From positions 640,001 to 704,000 of the forward strand of contig CBDBOV010000006.1 of NCBI GenBank assembly GCA_965208575.1: a DNA stretch of 64,000 nucleotides. Reading direction: 5' to 3'. The DNA is from Spirochaetia bacterium (lineage in GTDB: Bacteria > Spirochaetota > Spirochaetia > SZUA-6 > Bin103). Both the position numbers and the translations under genes were made by a program. The notes beneath the pieces are model-generated. The model was not told where the DNA came from. It saw only the letters and a list, made by a program, of their open reading frames with translations, and made no database searches. This document shows, piece by piece, positions 61,278 to 64,000 of this stretch (its first letter is position 1; each line of letters starts with the position of its first letter).

Positions 61278-62576
61278 ATGGCCACTGAGACGATCCTGAA
61301 CATGGAGGGGGCGCGCATCAAGTTCGGCGCCGGCGCCACCCGCGAGCTGGGCTTCGAATTGCGCGCCCTCGGCGTGCGGCGCGCGTTCCTGGTGACCGAC
61401 CCGGTGATGGCGGCCCTGGAGCCGGTGGCGGTGGCACGCGAGTCGCTGCGCGCCGCCGCCATCGACACGGTGCTGTTCGCCGATACGCGGGTGGAGCCGA
61501 GCGACGCCTCGTTTCGGGACGCGATCCGCGCCGCCCGCGAGGCCGGCTGCGACGGTTTCGCCGCGGTGGGCGGCGGCTCGGCCATCGACACCGCCAAGGC
61601 GGCCAACCTGTACACCACCTATCCGGCCGACCTGTTCACCTACGTCAACCACCCGATCGGCCGCGGCGAACCGGTGCCGGGCCCGCTGAAGCCGCTGGTG
61701 GCGGTGCCCACCACCGCCGGCACCGGCAGCGAGACCACCGGCGTGGCGATCTTCGACTACCTGGAGATGGGCGCCAAGACCGGCATCGCGCACCGCGCGC
61801 TGCGGCCCACCCTCGGCATCGTCGATCCCGACAACACCCGCACCCTGCCGCCGGTGGTGGCCGCGAGCACCGGTCTGGACGTGCTGTGCCACGCCGCCGA
61901 GTCGTTCACGGCGATGCCGTACACCGCGCGCGAGGCGCCGGCCGACCCGGCGCTGCGCCCTGCCTACCAGGGCGCCAACCCGATCAGCGACCTGTGGGCC
62001 GAACGCGCCATCGAGCTGGTAGCCGGCAACCTGGTGCGCGCCATGCGCGACGCGGACGACACCGAGGCGCGCACCGCCATGCTGCTCGCCGCCACGTTCG
62101 CCGGCTACGGCTTCGGCAACGCCGGCGTGCACCTGCCGCACGGCATGTCCTACCCGGTGTCCAGCATGGTGGCCGCCCACCAGACCGCCGGTGCCGGCTA
62201 CCAGCCGGCCGGCTACCCCGACGACCACCCGATGTGCCCGCACGGCATGTCGGTCATCCTCAACGCCCCCGCGGTGTTCCGGTTTACCGCCGAGGCCGAT
62301 CCGCGGCGCCACCTGCGAGCCGCGCAGTTGATGGGCGCAGACGTGCGGGGGGCCGACTCCGGCGATGCCGGGCCGGTCCTCGCGAGCGCCGTCATCGACC
62401 TGATGCGCGCCGTCGACATGCCGGCCGGCTTGGCCGCCGTCGGGTTTACGGAACAGGACATCCCGGCGCTGGTGGCGGGCACCCTGCCGCAGCACCGGGT
62501 CACCAAGCTGTCGCCCCGCCCCGCCTCCGAGGCCGACCTTGCCGCCCTGTTCGCCGACGCCCTGAGCTACTGGTAG
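61278..62576 (+). CDS. Hydroxyacid-oxoacid transhydrogenase (Fe-ADH family)
   Basis: GGGSAIDTAK, YVN.PIG.G, PTTAGTGSE, D.LCH..ES, RPAYQG.NP.SD, H..HGMSY. Confidence 0.9.
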   Translation: MATETILNMEGARIKFGAGATRELGFELRALGVRRAFLVTDPVMAALEPVAVARESLRAAAIDTVLFADTRVEPSDASFRDAIRAAREAGCDGFAAVGGGSAIDTAKAANLYTTYPADLFTYVNHPIGRGEPVPGPLKPLVAVPTTAGTGSETTGVAIFDYLEMGAKTGIAHRALRPTLGIVDPDNTRTLPPVVAASTGLDVLCHAAESFTAMPYTAREAPADPALRPAYQGANPISDLWAERAIELVAGNLVRAMRDADDTEARTAMLLAATFAGYGFGNAGVHLPHGMSYPVSSMVAAHQTAGAGYQPAGYPDDHPMCPHGMSVILNAPAVFRFTAEADPRRHLRAAQLMGADVRGADSGDAGPVLASAVIDLMRAVDMPAGLAAVGFTEQDIPALVAGTLPQHRVTKLSPRPASEADLAALFADALSYW

Positions 62577-62787
62577 CACGGCCCGGCGGTCACGGCCCGG
62601 CGGCACGGCCCGGCGCGGCGGCGTGTTTACCGAGAATTGATGGCTGCCCCGGCGGTGCGGCCGCTGCCTCCCGGTATATTGACCGGGGGCAAATACAAAC
62701 CGAGGAAGCTCGCCCCGAGCCGCTGCAACCGCCCCTCTTCCCGGAGTCCAGCGGCAGCCATGCAGCGAAGCTTTCCTGGAGGGACTC

Positions 62788-63852
62788 ATGAACATGCGCA
62801 TCGCCGCAACCGCCACCATCTGTCTGCTGGCACTCTCGATGGCCGCCATCGCTCAGGACACGGCCGAGTCGGGGCTGACGATCGCCGCGACTCTGGCCGC
62901 GGCAGAGAGGGCCAATCCCAACCTGGCATCGCTCGCGCTGCAGCGGGAAAACGCGCGCGTCGCATTCGACCGCGCCACGGCATCCTCGGATGCCCGGCTC
63001 GATCAGATGATGGCCACGCTGCAGTGGGAGCGCGCGCAGCTCTCCGCCGGTCAGGGCACCACCCGCGAGCTGCTGGCCGTTGCGCAGGGCTACGTGAGCC
63101 TGCAACAGGCGAACGAGCAGACCAGCCTGCTGGAAGAGCGCCTGCGCCTCGCCACGCTCGACCTGCAGTTGACCGATGCGCGCGTGCGGGTAGGTGCCGC
63201 CGGCAAGACCGAGCAGTTGCAGGCCCAGGTGGCGGCGCTCAGCGCCGAGCTGAACCTGGCGGCGGCACGCCACCAGCGGCGTTTCAACACCCTGCCGGAC
63301 CTGGTCGACATGACCGGCATCGACGCCGCGGTCCTCGATGCGGCGGCGCTCACCTCGCAGCCGCCCGAGCTGCCGGACCTGGGTGCGTCCGACACCTACG
63401 CGGCCGCCACCGCCCGGCGCGCCGAGCACCGGCACGCCGCGCGGCAACTGGAGATCGACGAGATCAACCTGAAGCTGCTGTCCGAGGAGGAAACCTCGCG
63501 CCTCGACCTGGAGGCGGCCACCAACACCGTGGCGGGCAGCGAGGCGGCGCTGGAAGAGACCGCCGTCAACCTGCAGACCGCGACCGCCAGCGCCTACGCG
63601 ACCGCTCAGCAGGCGTTCGACACGGTGACGCTGCGCGAGTTGCAGCTTGCGCTGCAGCAGGAACGGACGCGCCGTGCCGCCGAACAGTTCGAAGCCGGAG
63701 TGATTACCGAGTCCGACCTGGCCAGCTCACGCGCGGACCAGGTTGCCGCCGTCGACGCCGTGCGCGCGGCGCGCTGGTCGGCCTGGTTTGCCTGGCTGCG
63801 GCTCCAGGATGCCGCCGGCATCGACCTGCCGCCGATCCCGGGGGTGCAGTGA
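62788..63852 (+). CDS. TolC-family outer membrane efflux protein
   Basis: Signal peptide, A...NP.L, two helical repeats, QFEAG.I...DL. Confidence 0.75.
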   Translation: MNMRIAATATICLLALSMAAIAQDTAESGLTIAATLAAAERANPNLASLALQRENARVAFDRATASSDARLDQMMATLQWERAQLSAGQGTTRELLAVAQGYVSLQQANEQTSLLEERLRLATLDLQLTDARVRVGAAGKTEQLQAQVAALSAELNLAAARHQRRFNTLPDLVDMTGIDAAVLDAAALTSQPPELPDLGASDTYAAATARRAEHRHAARQLEIDEINLKLLSEEETSRLDLEAATNTVAGSEAALEETAVNLQTATASAYATAQQAFDTVTLRELQLALQQERTRRAAEQFEAGVITESDLASSRADQVAAVDAVRAARWSAWFAWLRLQDAAGIDLPPIPGVQ

Positions 63853-64000
63853 GCCGCACGCCCTGGTACGCGGCGCTGATCGCGTTGGCCGCGGCGTTGC
63901 CGGCGGTCGCGCAGGAAGCGCTGCCCATCGGCGACGCGGTCGACGCGGCTCTCGCGGGCCATTCCTCCGTGCTGGACGCGGAAGCGGCCGCGCGTTCAGC
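63849..64000 (+). CDS. Partial second TolC-like protein, runs off the window
   Basis: GTGA overlap; signal peptide then L.I.DAV.AAL..H..V. Confidence 0.55.
   Translation, partial: MSRTPWYAALIALAAALPAVAQEALPIGDAVDAALAGHSSVLDAEAAARS

Overview
High-GC bacterial chromosome window with two zones. About 1-16.9 kb is a decaying defence/mobile island. It holds an HsdR_N-type nuclease with a probable DNA-reader domain, nested IS21, IS1634 and group II intron debris, a HEPN protein, a broken Cre-like recombinase, an IS1380 inside a membrane gene, several secreted proteins, an MmeI-like fragment and an inactivated type III-like R-M pair. About 17-64 kb is mostly housekeeping and metabolic genes (pyrE, glpK/glpD, gap, bcp, pgi, glnS-like, hsp20, TolC), interrupted by lower-GC accessory modules (a DUF1828 two-gene pair, a paired STAND-ATPase/TPR operon, a Fic gene) and three recent IS insertions (one IS110, two near-identical IS1634). 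The clearest signal is the IS110: its non-coding end carries two related motifs, one matching its target junction and one its donor junction, as expected for a bridge RNA. Other leads are the paired-ATPase operon, a candidate anti-SD sRNA, a GlnRS-like protein with altered HIGH/KMSKS motifs, and tandem repeats that copy gene 3' ends. All family calls come from motif recognition by eye; no database searches were run.
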